A DNA stretch of 63,584 nt, the filler included, from Octopus bimaculoides (taxonomy: Eukaryota), in NCBI RefSeq assembly GCF_001194135.2. It is 10 parts of 9 records of this genome, joined end to end, with 100 filler letters (N's around TTAATTAATTAA, not from the genome) between each part and the next. Parts side by side here need not be neighbours in the genome. Positions count along the whole stretch, not along the records: positions 1 to 25,596 come from NC_068981.1; 9 more parts are not named here. The stretch is one strand, 5' to 3'. The notes below the pieces were generated by a model. That model saw nothing but the letters and a program-made list of their open reading frames with translations, did not search any database and had not been told where the DNA came from. The translations under genes and the position numbers were made by a program. Below, piece after piece: positions 1-12,383 of the stretch. Within the stretch, counting starts at the first letter, position 1; each line of letters starts with the position of its first letter.

Positions 1-30
1 AGGTCAGAATTGTTCCATTCGCAAAAACGT

Positions 31-540
31 GCCTTAAATTCTGCACGATAAATGCGCGCTTTTAGAAGAGTTATCCACGCCAGCATTTACCCGTTTTCTC
101 AACTGATGGCAATCTAAAGGATTTCTCTCAGAGTTTGCCTCGTTTATTTCAAGTGGTTTCAAAGAGGCCTTTACACAGTTGGTAAACAACAGCCTTGGTT
201 TGTACTGGATGAGCTTGTATGCGCTTCTGCTTACAAGTTCATCATACAACATCTGTTTCGGGTTCCTCCGATCATTCTTCCGTTTGATGTTTTGTTTAAC
301 TTAACAATGTAAACGGAGCATGTGTACCAATGTTTCAACACTCAAGACTTACTCCTGAGAGTCGAGAACATTGCAGAAAAGTCGTCGATGGTTTAAACTC
401 CTTGAATAACGAAGAGTTTAAAAATCAATGCAAAAATAGATGTATCTGTTACCCGTTACTACTCCTATATAAAATTTCCTGCCGTTGCCCAGAAGAAAGA
501 AACGCTCATTTTGAGCAACACTAACGTAAAGTCATGTGAA
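31..540 (-). mobile_element. Decayed RTE-clade LINE ORF2 C-terminal (post-RT) remnant
   Basis: The minus frame reads ...VLSVETLVHMLRLHC*...DRRNPKQMLYDELVS...KPRLLFTNCVKASLK. This matches the RTE motif RxPKQxLYGEL...KPxLRFKDxxKASLK and contains stops. Confidence 0.65.
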
Positions 541-1215
541 GTCGCTTGTAAACTCTACGTCTGTTCGAAACTCTATGTCTGTGACCCGAAGAGATAATTT
601 CTTTTCTACTGTCTAAATGTAATTTCAGGAGAAATTCCAAATTTCACAGGGGTCTGCTACATTATTGTCTACAAAATGAGTTACTTTGTGTCATGTTCAT
701 ATTAACTTAACTGTGATTGCATTAACTTAATAAGTATTTAGCTTTAGCTTTACGATAAATCTGTTGGAAATTTCACTTAACAATAAGTCTGTTAACTTTA
801 GCAATAAATTTGTTAACTTGAACCTAACATTATTGTTTGTGAGAGTAACAATCCTATACAAGATAGGAAAATAATAAAGATTCATGATTCTCTGTTTTGA
901 ACAATGAGTAGCAAATGTATTTTATGAAACTTAAGAGCAAAGAGCGTCATTTTCATTCTATCGACATGCTCGTGTGAGATGTTTGTGTGTGTGTGTGTGA
1001 GGGGTTAGACTTGTCTGATATGAAGCGGACGATATAATGAGTGTATTGTGATAAATGAGACAAAGCTTTTGTCTATTAAATGATACTGAATTCAGTTTGA
1101 AATTTTATTGTATCTTTAGAAGATTGGTTGCTTACGATGACAGTTATGCGAGCGGTGGAATTTACAGTTATGCAAAATCTGACAAAATTAGGTTGATTTA
1201 AGACAAGAAACGACA

Positions 1216-1265
<50 letters not shown>

Positions 1266-1775
1266 NNNNNNNNNNNNNNNNNNNNNNNNNNNNNNNNNNN
1301 NNNNNNNNNNNNNNNNNNNNNNNNNNNNNNNNNNNNNNNNNNNNNNNNNNNNNNNNNNNNNNNNNNNNNNNNNNNNNNNNNNNNNNNNNNNNNNNNNNNN
1401 NNNNNNNNNNNNNNNNNNNNNNNNNNNNNNNNNNNNNNNNNNNNNNNNNNNNNNGTGTGTGTGTGTGTGTGTGTGTGTGTGTGCATATAGAATGGTTGTG
1501 TGTTGATATTAGATTTGTAGTGAAATTATCTGGAAGCTATAAAACAAAGTGAAAACTACAGATCGTTTATACTTGTTATTATAAGACATTTGAAAAGCAA
1601 TATCAATTATGACATTAGCTGTAACATTGTATTTGAAATTGTAGCTATATATGTCTGTCTTACGTAGATTTTAGAATAACAATTTTACATATCATTGCAT
1701 TCGACTGAGTTCTCTGAATGTTAGTAGTGATTTAATTACGAAAATGCTGGCATTTCTCAAACAGAAAGAGTAATT

Positions 1776-1978
1776 TAACAGGCCATATCCTGCCCAAATG
1801 TTTTACCTGTTGTATGTTCAAACCAGCTCTATCTGACCTCTCCCACCTACCCTAAAATGTTATACTGCAAACAAACAGTGATACCATCGAAATCTCGAAG
1901 CTACGAGATAATGCATGTTTAATTCAAAACTGAATATACAAGCATTGCATTCGACAGAATCATCTGAATGTTAAAGGG
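1776..1978. repeat. Short non-coding interspersed repeat (MITE-like)
   Basis: Its ~30-nt end (cattgcattcgac..tctgaatgtta) recurs at ~1693-1722, and an internal motif (ctacgagataat) recurs near 6860. The family is recognised from memory of octopus repeats and was not searched. Confidence 0.35.
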
Positions 1979-2019
1979 AGCATATCTTGTAGCATTTAGT
2001 TACGTTTCTTTGCGAGTTG

Positions 2020-2880
2020 TGTCCAATTTGCTCTGAGGTCAACATCACTTTTCAATGCTTCCTAGTCGATAAAATCAAGTACCAGGTAAGTACTGTGGTC
2101 GATATAATCAATTTTATCCTTCCTCATTTATTCAAGGTCTTGCGCCTATGTTAGAAAACCGATATTGTTAATATGTTTAGTGTAATCAATACCAAACCCC
2201 TTAGAACATCAAGCAAATTAGCTTGCTGTATTTGTTCCAGAGCGTAACACGCTGTGTTTAAATTTTACCGAGATCGCCTTAAGGATGGTGAATTTGCTTT
2301 TATCGTTTCGCGGGGCGATGAAATAAAGTGCCAGTCAAGTATTTGGGACAAATATAGGCACAATACCTGAAATTTTGTTGGGAAGTTAGTTGATTACATC
2401 AACCTCGAAAGGACGAAAGGCAAAATCAGTCTCGGTGGCATTTGAACTCGATGGCTCGTGAACGTAAAGCCGGAAGATGTGTCGCTAAGCAGTTTTCCGA
2501 CGGGCTAAAGGTTCTGCTAACTCGCCGCCTTTGAAATAATGGTTTCAAATTTTGGAACAAGACCAGCAATTTCGGGGAAGTGTGTCAGTCGATTACTTTG
2601 GTCCCAGTGCTCAACTGGTACCTATTTCATCGCCTCCGAAAAAGGATGAAAGGCAAAGTCGACCACGGTGGCATTTGAACTTGAAGCGTAAAGATGGATG
2701 AAATGCCGTTAACGATTCTGCTAGCTCTAACGATTCTGCTAGCTCTAACGATTCTGCTAGCTCTAACGATTCTGCTAGTTCTAACGATTCTGCTAGCTCT
2801 AACGACTCTGCTAGCTCGCCGCATTGGTAATAATCCTAACCGTGGTGGAGTTACCGAACCTGCCAGCTCACCGCCTTTGC
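2020..2880. mobile_element. Cluster of SINE-B (tRNA head, Meta-like core) fragments in both orientations
   Basis: Repeated core gtcgactttgcctttcatcctttcggggtcgataaaataagtaccag and head aaggcggcgagctggcagaatcgttagc...gttcaaattc (B-box-like), which recur throughout the window. Confidence 0.85.
2710..2817. repeat. 6 x 18-bp minisatellite (taacgattctgctagctc) derived from the SINE-B head
   Basis: Six tandem units with 2 substitutions. They explain the repetitive ORFs 2694..2897 and 2627..2824. Confidence 0.95.
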
Positions 2881-4589
2881 CGCCTTGGTATCAATAACAG
2901 ATATAATATTTGTTGTTGCTGTACTTGTTGTTTAATCCCATGTTAATCTTATTGGAGCAGACTTTTGACCAAAGTCAATCAAGGCTTTTCTTCGGCAATA
3001 ACTTATCCCAAACTACATTATCCAACAAGGTTATTTTAAAAAGATAGTATTGTGTAGATTGAGTGAGCTTCCACTGTTGTTTCTAGTGACTTGAGTGTCA
3101 TAGAGAGATTATTTTGTTGGTTTTAGTTATAAAGGTTGTCACAACAATAATAGTAATGATATCACTAATCGCCAAAGCAATGAAAGCCTTTGCATTGTGA
3201 TTCGAATATAAACCGAAGTGCTGGTAGTAATCCGGTAGTGAATGAATGCTTATTGATAGCTTCTACTAAGTAGAATTCTTTAGAATTAAATAGAATAAAC
3301 TATACTAAAAGTCTAGGGTAGATTTGAATAAAGAGACAGAAATACAAACCCGTATTGTACTTTTGGTTAATGTTGCTTCATTAAACTTTTTTTACACACA
3401 ACGATAAAATTTGATAACTACATCGTCTTCTCTGTCGGTGTAGAAACGTCTTAATGATTCTCGTATATGTAGGTAGTGGTTGATCTCGTATAAAGTCGGT
3501 AATGGAAATACATTAGCGAAATATCGATGAGGCTTAGCACTGGGAATTGGAAGTACATAACAGTATATTCAGAAACTATGTCAATAGATAAGAATGTTAA
3601 GTGGACTCGTAACCTATATATATACACACATATAACACAACCTATATTCATACATATATGCATACATACATACATACATACATACATACACGTAACCTAT
3701 ATATATGCATATATATATATACACACACACATACATACATACATGCAAATACACACACACACACACACACACACACTCAGACGTTGGGGTATTTATCTAG
3801 TTTGAGCTAACAATTCATTGTCACATTTTTACCGCTAGAATTATTAGCATAAACATAACGCCATAATAGAGTTTTCGTAAACTTTTACGAATTCTTAGCT
3901 TACCTTTGTTATGGTAACTTACACTAACTTAAAACAATCATTTCAAAGTAGCATTAAAAGAAATTATTAACAATCTGTAACGATTCTTTGACTAAATTTC
4001 AAAATCCGTCGTTTCTCCCACCTCCAAATGCGAAGCCAAATAACAAACAATATTATAAAATCTATTGGAAAGAAATTGATTTTTCTAAGATAAATTATGC
4101 ATAAAATAAATATTATTTCTAAAGGCAGACATTATGTTTATTAGTATAATGAGCTAACTAATAATGGTAATAAAATATTTATTTAGCTTTTATATGGTAG
4201 AAGAGCCATTTAAACCGTGAAACCACTCAAAAACTGTTATTTAACTTTTTATTTATCTTGTGAGGTGTCAACAGTTTTTTTGTCGCACCAATGCAGAGGA
4301 ATTGTGCCAGTGGCCAAATGGCAGTGGTGCATTAACAATTTTCACACCTCAAAATAAACGAAAAGTGAAAATAATATTGGTGTGATTTTAGATGGCTAAA
4401 ATAGTACTTTCACGATATAATTGCTTCAGTTTCAAAATACAGTTTCGGATCAATCTTTTGCCAAACATGTACTACTGCAGTACTTACTTAATAATGAGAT
4501 ATAAGAATGAGTTTAAATTCACTAATTAGATTGAAATATTATATAAAATATTACGTAAGCTTTAAAAGTGACGAACTAACAAAAGAGAT

Positions 4590-4765
4590 ATGAGAACGTT
4601 GAAACAAATACAATCTCTTGCAGTGCGTGTTCCGAATTCTGTCGAAATCAACTTCGCCGATTATCTTTTCGGGGTCAATAAAACATCATACCAGTCAAAT
4701 ACTTGGGTGGATTCTATCAATATACCTTTCCCGTCAAAAACCTTGACCTTGTGTCTGAATTGGAA
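4590..4765 (+). mobile_element. SINE-B, degenerate
   Basis: Degenerate match to the SINE-B head and core (ttttcggggtcaataaaacatcataccag). Confidence 0.6.
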
Positions 4766-4831
4766 ACAAAAAGTCATAAATTAATATTTTTTTTGTATAA
4801 TAACAGAGAGGGAAATATTGATTCGCGATTA

Positions 4832-4890
<59 letters not shown>

Positions 4891-5749
4891 GTACTGTGTC
4901 CCGATGGTAAGATCAACAAAAAAGTACTCCATCTGGTGAGAGATAAATATTATTTGATAAACAATATATATATATTTATGCAGACGTGTGAAAAAATGCT
5001 GTCTGAGATGTTTTCATCGGATTAGAAGAGATTGTTTATATCTACTTACAAAGTCTCTCAAGTTTCGTTTCGTTTTCTATATCTACTTTATAACATATAC
5101 AAGTGTTATAAATAACAGTAAACAGTAAATAATACGAGGACAATAACACGAACGGGAATAGACATGAATGTTTAAGTACTGATTATTTATCGTTTAAATT
5201 AAATTTTAGATTTCATTATGTATATGTGCATGTGTGTCTGTGTGTTTTTATATATGCATGTATATGTATGTAGTTATGCATATATCTCTCTCTATATATA
5301 TATAAAATTCAAATAAGTTGTTATTATCTTTGAAAAATAATGATAAAGAGGCCAGCAAACAAAATCCAAATATGCAAAATATGCGTGTTTAAATATAATG
5401 GGAGATATGTGGTTTTGGAGAGTTTTATTCTTCTTCCAAGCAAACAGGTACTTATTGTGCCCTGACTTTTAATATATATACATATACATATGCGCGTGTG
5501 TGTGTGTGTGTGCGTGTGTGTGCGTGTGTATGTGTGTGCATGTGTGTGCGCGGAGCCGCATCTATATATTTAATAAATATACTGCATATTTAAACTTCCT
5601 GCAAAGTTTCTCTTAGGGTTTAAGTGACAGAGCCTTCGACACAGTTGCTGAAATATGTTTGAAACCGCCTAGTTTCGTAATTCTTAAGACTCATCAGAGA
5701 TTGTTGATCTCTGACGTTAAACTGACAAAACTAAGAAATGCTCCAACGA

Positions 5750-5875
5750 AATGTTCGACTTTGCCTTTTTGTCCTTTCGGGGTCGATAAATTAAGTACCA
5801 GTTGCGTACTGGGGTCGATCTAATCGACTGGCCCCCTCCTCCCAAATTTCAGGTCTTGTGTCTATAGTAGAAAAG
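5750..5875 (+). mobile_element. SINE-B 3' part
   Basis: cgactttgcctttttgtcctttcggggtcgataaattaagtaccagttgcgtactggggtcgatctaatcgac. Confidence 0.85.
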
Positions 5876-7489
5876 ATTAATGAACAAGAGTTCCGCAAAA
5901 GCGTTAATTATGCATAAATCTGCCTATAAAGTCACATTTATATGTTAAATAAGCATACATTTAGACTGGTTGTGAATTTAGTCTCTGTGGTCACATTACG
6001 TCAGCAGGTTGAGATGAAAATCAAACGTAGAAGTCAGGGATGCTTGAGAATGTCGAAACTAGTTTCATCTGTCACTAGAAAATGCCGTACGAATATTATG
6101 ACGATATTCAATAGTAAACAAAGGAAAGAAGATTTAGTATACAGAGTTACACCGCGAGCAATCGTGCGTCATAGTATAAGATATTGCAGTAATAGGGACA
6201 ACTAGAACAGATTAATCTGAAGTCGTTCTATTTCTTGTTTCGTTCAGATCTGCTGCTTGGATAAGTGAAGGACGCAGTTGTTAATATGTTGCCCATTTCA
6301 GTGCTGTGCATGTAATGGAATATAAGCATATATCATTTCGGCCAAGAAGTTGACCTCATATCCACATTGATAAAGTAGCCATTTCTACTGCTTTGTACGG
6401 TGTAATAAGAATTTATCATAACGCTTGCGTTGATTTCTTTTTAAATAGTTATGATGCAACTCCTATGTTTCAGGCGATAAAAAGCATATGTGACATGAAT
6501 GAAAAGTTTGAAGTGCCGTGTATATCAATGGAAACTAGCAAAGTACACCTGAATTGTTTAAAATTACTATCATAATTCAACGTTGAAGATTTACGGGCAT
6601 AAATCTTTTCTGCCTTACTGAACTTAGAATCAGTTCTGTCAAAAAATACAGCATGTTGTTTATTGAAGAAACAAAAACAAAACCATTGCAGTAAACAATG
6701 GAAGTATATATTATATATCGATGGGGAAAAAAACCTGATTTAATATTCTCGCAGTAATCAGGATAAAGTGAATAAAACAAAAATCTGAGTTGTCTTTTTT
6801 GAATAGTTTATTACAGCATGGGGCAAAATATTGGTAAAACATGAAATGAAGCTGAAACTACGAGATAATCTTAACCATAAAACAGAAAGGATTATTTTTA
6901 TGTGAATAACTTGAAAGAAATATAAATAATTCACGCTAAAGTTTTCAAATTATATAGTTAATGGGCAGGATTTTATACCAAATCTCTGAGTTTTCCTTTT
7001 ATGAGGAAAATTTATAAACTGTAACATCCGGTGTACACATTTGAGCTGATATCTAATTAAAACAGCCATCTATATATCATACTTCATGTATACACTCTGT
7101 TGAAAAGCCAATTGCTGCAGTATTTGTCCTGAGATAACATCGCTTATGGACTTCCAGTGTTACATACACAATAAATCAAAGTGAGACAAAAATTCGTCTC
7201 AGCCGCAGTTTCTATATCAGAGGCGACAAATTCTCGTCTGAACATGAGAATGGCTGAGTTTGCGTCATTGAAAGACTAAAACGGTCGAAATGCATCTGGT
7301 GCTCCCACTGGCCGCTGCTGGGGTGAATTTCCGTCTCTGATATTTTTTGGATCTGGCACCGCTCTTTTCACTCTGGGACTGAACACTGTCGATTTCTTCC
7401 AGAAGAAGACACAGATCTTTTACGTTTTCAATCATTGGACTGTGGCTATGTTGGGGTACCATCTTGAAGGCTTTTAATAGAACAAATTG

Positions 7490-7918
7490 ACCCCCAATTG
7501 TTATTTCTTTAGATCTAGTACTTATTCCATCAATTTTTATCCTGAATTGTTAGGTTACATAGATGTAAACAAACCAACACCGGTTGTCAAGTGGTGGCAT
7601 AGGGGGGAAACAAAACACAAAGACACACACACGTACGACGGCTTTCCACATAGTTTCTATTTGTTAAATTCATTCGCAAGCGTTAGTTGAACTCGAAATC
7701 ACGCGGTTGCAAAGAGAGGTTAATAACCACACAGCCATGTGTGCGCCTAGGCACTGACTGAAAGAAAAAGGTTAAGGCGGTGGATCGGCCCCATTAGAGG
7801 TCTAGAGCTTTACTTATCAACTCCGAAAAGATGAAACGCAGAGTTGACCTCAGCGGTATCTGAACTCAGAGGGAATGAACGCTACAAGACGCTCTAACAA
7901 CTCTACCGATTCGCCGAC
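7490..7918 (-). mobile_element. Degenerate SINE-A followed by a SINE-B fragment
   Basis: Reverse-complement matches to the SINE-A tail/head (accacacagcca) and to the SINE-B core (gttgacctcagcgg). Confidence 0.65.
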
Positions 7919-8597
7919 TATTATTTCTGTAGTGAATGCACTTGTTTACAGTTCTATCGAATTACCCGATATAAGTGGTATATCGTCTATGCAAATCTTT
8001 GCTTTAATTCTTGGTTAGAAAAATATCTTCCAGACTATTTGGTATTGAAGATTTGTAACTCTACAATCGATAATTAATGTCTATTTGTTAATTTTTAGCC
8101 AGCAATTACACACAATATTAATTACTATTTATAGACTGTTCGTATTAAAGCCAAAACGCAAATTGAAAAAGTGAGTTAAGTTCATGAAAATGGGGCGGAG
8201 AAAGTGGAATTAATGACGTCACTAAAATTACGCAAATTATAGATATTATGTATAAATCCTTAGTAAAAGTAGTTTTACAGAGTGCAGTATTCCTTTTCTT
8301 TTCTTTTTTTCAATTTAAAATTCTATAATTTCGAAAGTGATTTTGTGAAATTTATTTTCCCGTTCTTTTGTTTTCTCCAATGAAAACTGTGGATGTCATA
8401 AATCTCCCGCGGAATTATAAATGATTCTGCATGATTAATGTTTTGTAATACTCTATTATTTTTGGTTGATTTATTATTCGGATGAAATTTAATAATGAAA
8501 TAATAGAATAATAATGAAATAAAACGAAAGAGAAAGCGCAAGTGGAGATATACAGAAAGAGAAGAAGGAAGAAGATAGACAGATAGAATAGATAGAT

Positions 8598-8632
<35 letters not shown>

Positions 8633-8656
8633 AATACACAGATAGATAGATAAATT

Positions 8657-8689
<33 letters not shown>

Positions 8690-9689
8690 GTAGGTAGATA
8701 GATAGATCAATAGACAAATGGGTAGGTAGATAGGTAGATAAAGACAGACAGACAGATAGATAGATAGAGAGAGAGAGTAAGATAGATAAATAGTGAGAAA
8801 GAGAGAGATACGAGAGAAAGACTCAAGGAAAGCAAGAGAGAAGATGAAGAAAAGAGAGACTAGGAAGAAAGAAAGGAATTAGAAAGAAATTGAAAACTTG
8901 ACTTTCACCTTCTTCATAAAAAGACTGGGATATTTTATCTGATCACCATAGAGATGCTGGTAAACGTCCTAAAAATCTGGAATCGAATTTCAGCATTATG
9001 TTTATCGTTAAAGGCATTAGGAAAGGGACAAATGTCACATTTTCGCTGCTGCATGTTTCTTGTGCCACATCAAACGGATATTAAAAAGAAGCCCCGAAAG
9101 AAATGAAATATTCATCTATGTAGCCTACTTAACATATGCTACATATACTACTTAGAGACATGATGTTGTAGAGTTTCGTCTGAGAGAAAATCTCTTCATA
9201 GACATGCTGCGTTAAAAACAATATCTATTGGAGCGAAACGAAAAATCGTTTGTGTAGGCTAACGTATGTAGTGCGATGTTGAGTAAAACTTTACAGTTAG
9301 CCTGGTAGACTTTGTTTGGCTTGTGGAGTGGGTGTATAAAATGTTTGCATGTATATAACAGCTTCACTGTCCCAGATGTGCAATCAGTGTATTATTGAAG
9401 TACAATATTACATCTTGTAATAGGTGACCAGTATATTGTTGATGAACCTGTAAGAAGATCGACAAAAATATTGCCTCAGATACAGACGTTACCACTTTTC
9501 ACTCTGCCATAACCTATAGAAGATGGCACTTACTTAAGATGCCAGTAACGGAATCGAAACCAGGGCTACATCATTGCGAAGTGAGCTTCTTGACCATTCA
9601 CCAACACTGCACCTACAAACTTAGGTTTATTAATAAACCCCAACAAGTACTCAATCTCTGAAAAGCTCAAACGTGTCCTACAAAGCAAC

Positions 9690-9880
9690 ACTTCTCCGAA
9701 ATTCAAAACGGTGATATTGTTTTACACAAGAAAATCTTTGAGTGCATTCACAAAAAGGCCATCCGGCTGATTGACAATTCTCCTTCATGAATATACTCCA
9801 ACCTCATGCCCACAAACGCACTGTCTCCTCACTCTGCATCTTATACCGATACTACAACAGCCAATTCTTCCCGTATCGTC
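9690..9880 (+). mobile_element. CR1-group LINE ORF2 C-terminal remnant
   Basis: Frameshifted ...KKAIRLIDNS / LQPHAHKRTVSSLCILYRYYNS, resembling the CR1-group motif KAIRLI...LQPLxHRRxVxSLxLFYRYY. Confidence 0.6.
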
Positions 9881-9913
9881 ACACATACTTTATCTTTGAT
9901 CCAAGATTTCGCA

Positions 9914-10064
9914 TGGCCGTGTGGTTAAGAAGTTCGTTTTACAAACACATGGTTTCGGAATCAATCCCACTGTGCGACACCTTGAGCAAGAGTTGTCCAC
10001 TATAGCCTCGGGCAGACCAACCCCTTGTAAGTGTATTTGGTGGACGGAAACTGTGTGGAAGCAC
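9914..10064 (+). mobile_element. SINE-A 5' half (tRNA-derived head), truncated
   Basis: tggccgtgtggttaagaag...ccttgagcaag...actatagcctcggg...gacggaaactg matches the SINE-A copies at 13281, 49297, 58315 and 60836. Confidence 0.85.
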
Positions 10065-10070
10065 GGATAC

Positions 10071-10117
10071 CTTCTGCTGATGAAGCGCAAACGCGCTGAA
10101 ATGACATAATCTAGCAG
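10071..10117 (+). ncRNA. Type I hammerhead ribozyme, partially decayed
   Basis: CUGAUGA (10077-83); stem II AGCGC-AAAC-GCGCU; GAAA (10098-101); AUC cleavage triplet ending at 10111. Stem I CUUCUG/UAGCAG has one mismatch and stem III is weak (2 bp). Confidence 0.55.
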
Positions 10118-10430
10118 TTTCACCACAAGTGCTGAACAATTTTCGTCTGCCACCGATACTGATTTTCTGTGGTTTTAAGCTCTGAACGGCTATACTAAAT
10201 ACTCTTTCAAGACGAATACCGCAGTATTACGACGTTCTTATAATAAATCCACTTTAGGTAGGATAAAAAGATTTCTATTCGGTAATAATACTGCTTCCGG
10301 CGCTGCCTTAAGGTTATAAAATTGCGAATTAGCTACCTATATTATTTATAATTTTCACTTCTACCGTTTCTGAAATCAGCGTATGATTTCAACGGAAATC
10401 TTATAAACTGACAAGGCGAGATGAATTTAA

Positions 10431-10526
10431 CTCTAGGTGCGGTAAGAGCCACTGATGAGCGTTAAGATGCGTTAAGCATCAAAATGCGAAATCATAGATG
10501 ATCTGGTTATACCCGCGACCGTAGGG
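10431..10526 (+). ncRNA. Type I hammerhead ribozyme, intact-looking
   Basis: CUGAUGA 10452-58; stem II GCGU/AUGC enclosing hairpin GAUGC/GCAUC; GAAA 10488-91; stem III AUCAU-AG-AUGAU; cleavage after C10503; stem I AGCCA/UGGUU with further bulged extension. Confidence 0.85.
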
Positions 10527-10792
10527 AGCTTGTCTCCCTTGTCAGTCATTAAGATAGTGTTCCTGTGGCTACTAAGGTGTTTTGACTTTTATTTCTAGCC
10601 ATACTGGTGCTGATTAGTGCCCTTGTTCACTTTAGTGACGTGTATATTTCTCACTTTAGATTGTAATATTGTAAATTAGTCAATATATATNNNNNNNNNN
10701 NNNNNNNNNNNNNNNNNNNNNNNNNNNNNNNNNNNNNNNNNNNNNNNNNNNNNNNNNNNNNNNNNNNNNNNNNNNNNNNNNNNNNNNNNNNN

Positions 10793-10930
10793 AGCAGTTC
10801 GGCAAAAGAGACCGATAGAATAAGTACTAGGCTTCCAAAGAATAAGTCCTGGGGTCGATTTTCTCGACTAAAGGCGGTGCTCCAGCATAGCCGCAGTCAA
10901 ATGACTGAAACAAGTAAATGAGAATAAGAA
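10793..10930 (+). mobile_element. SINE-A 3' half
   Basis: gcagttcggcaaaagagaccgatagaataagtactaggc...ggcggtgctccagcat...gactgaaacaagtaa. Confidence 0.9.
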
Positions 10931-10939
10931 TGAAAGAAT

Positions 10940-11135
10940 AGGGAGAATTCACAAAAAACAAAAAACAAAAGACGAAGACAGGTGGTGTAGACAACAAACA
11001 GATGTATTAGTTTAACGCGCGGGAAGTGAAAAAGTCTTTAACGTTTCGAGCCTACGCTCTTCCAAAGAAAGGAACACAGAAAGAAACAGGGAGAGAAAAT
11101 AAAGAATATGTAATGTCGGACAGTAAATATACATA
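10940..11135 (-). mobile_element. Penelope-like element terminal (pLTR/tail) fragment, abutting a mariner insertion
   Basis: High similarity to 23781-23990, the end of the GIY-YIG-encoding element. It contains a decayed minimal HHR motif at 11036-11071. Confidence 0.75.
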
Positions 11136-12383
11136 TCAGGCTGAGTAAAAAGTAATCAACGTTTTGGAACATGAAATTCATCACAGTATATTTCAACAAT
11201 GCGGCAGTTTTATTCATCAAGGTAAGTACCATTACAATCAACACATTTTTGCCAACGTGTTACAAGTTTGTCTATTCTGGTAACATAAAAATCTGGAGTT
11301 CTGGAGCTGATGAATTCTTTGAACGCACTTTCAGCATCGGTTTGATTTTTAAACTCCTTCTCTCGCAGGAAACCATGAAGGCGCTTGAAAAAGTGGTAGT
11401 CGGTAAGAGAAAGGTCTGGGGAATAAGCTGGGTGGCGAAGGGCTTCGTAGCCAAGTTCCTTCAACTTCTGGAGCGTTATTAGGGAAACGTGTGGTCGAGC
11501 ATTCTCATAAAGAATGATTGGCCCTCTTCTGTGGTGCAGTCTGGGACGGAGAAATAGCAGTTTTTCGTTCATTTTGTCAATTTCATGGTAATATGTTTCT
11601 GCAGTAATGATTTTTCCGGGTTTTAATAAGTTATAGTGGATGAGTCCAGCAGTACACCACCTTTCTTACATAACCTTCCTTTTGAAGAGCTCAGGTTTAG
11701 GGAAGGTTTTCGGTACTTCATTTTGGTCCAACCACTGCGATGAACGTTTTTTCTTATTGTATGCATCGCATTACGGTCGAAAAATGGATCGGTCTGGTTA
11801 CGGAGAAGAAGCAACGAACAAATTTCATATCTCCGCACTTTTTGATTTTCCTTAAAATCGTGTGGTACCCGTTTGTCGAGGTCCTTTGATTTTCCGATTG
11901 CATGCAAATGGTCGCAGGCAATTTTCTGCCTAACTTGATGTTCTTTTGCCAGTTCTTGAGTGGTTTTACGTGGATTTTTCTCAATGACGGTCTTTAATTG
12001 AGCGTCATCGATGACAGATGGGCGTCCAGTACGCTCACGGTCTTCAAAGCACAGGACTCCACTGCGAAGTCGTTTAAATCATTTTCTAGCTGTCTACTCA
12101 CAGGTCATTTCCTCACCAAACGTTTCAATGATATCGCGAGCAGTTTCAGCTGTTTTACGTCCTTTTTAGAAATTGCTCGAATATTGCGCTTTGACAGTTC
12201 CATTTCAGATGATTGTAACAACGGTGAAAAAGAATATCAATGTTAATTTGTTGATGCATTTGGGCAAGTTTATGTCTGTATTATCAAACATTTGCAAAAT
12301 AATGTCTGAAAAAAATTCAAAACCTGCAAAAATCTTCAAATTCTTCATGGTTCAAAATGTTGCTTAATTTTTACTCAACCTGA
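11136..12383 (-). mobile_element. Mariner (Tc1/mariner) DNA transposon, full length, defective
   Basis: 25-bp TIRs at 11136-11160 and 12359-12383 (22/25 identical); TA at the left junction (right flank is a gap); 1248 bp, typical of mariner. Confidence 0.93.
11210..12260 (-). pseudogene. Mariner transposase pseudogene
   Basis: HTH region GRKTAETARDI...EDRERTGRPSVIDDAQLKTVIEKNP; DLDKRVPHD (WVPHEL-like); YENARPH (HDNARPH with the catalytic D lost); HPAYSPDLSLTDYHFF; WQKCVDCNGTYLDE. Several frameshifts and stops. Confidence 0.92.

Noticed and set aside
3520-3590. TCGATGA...GAAAC-TAT-GTC
   Set aside because: The core is mutated and the flanks cannot form stem I.
6475-6543. Possible exon AIKSICDMNEKFEVPCISMETSK
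   Set aside because: Weak donor and only a vague resemblance to receptor domains.
7265-7462. 65-aa minus-strand ORF with protein-like composition
   Set aside because: No recognisable motif or convincing splice context; the opposite strand is also open.
9914-10143. SINE Pol III promoter driving the adjacent HHR as a chimeric transcript
   Set aside because: The SINE head contains a TTTT run (~9935) that would likely terminate Pol III, so the adjacency is probably an insertion coincidence.
11305-11330. CTGATGA inside the mariner
   Set aside because: No GAAA or stems; it is the antisense of transposase codons.
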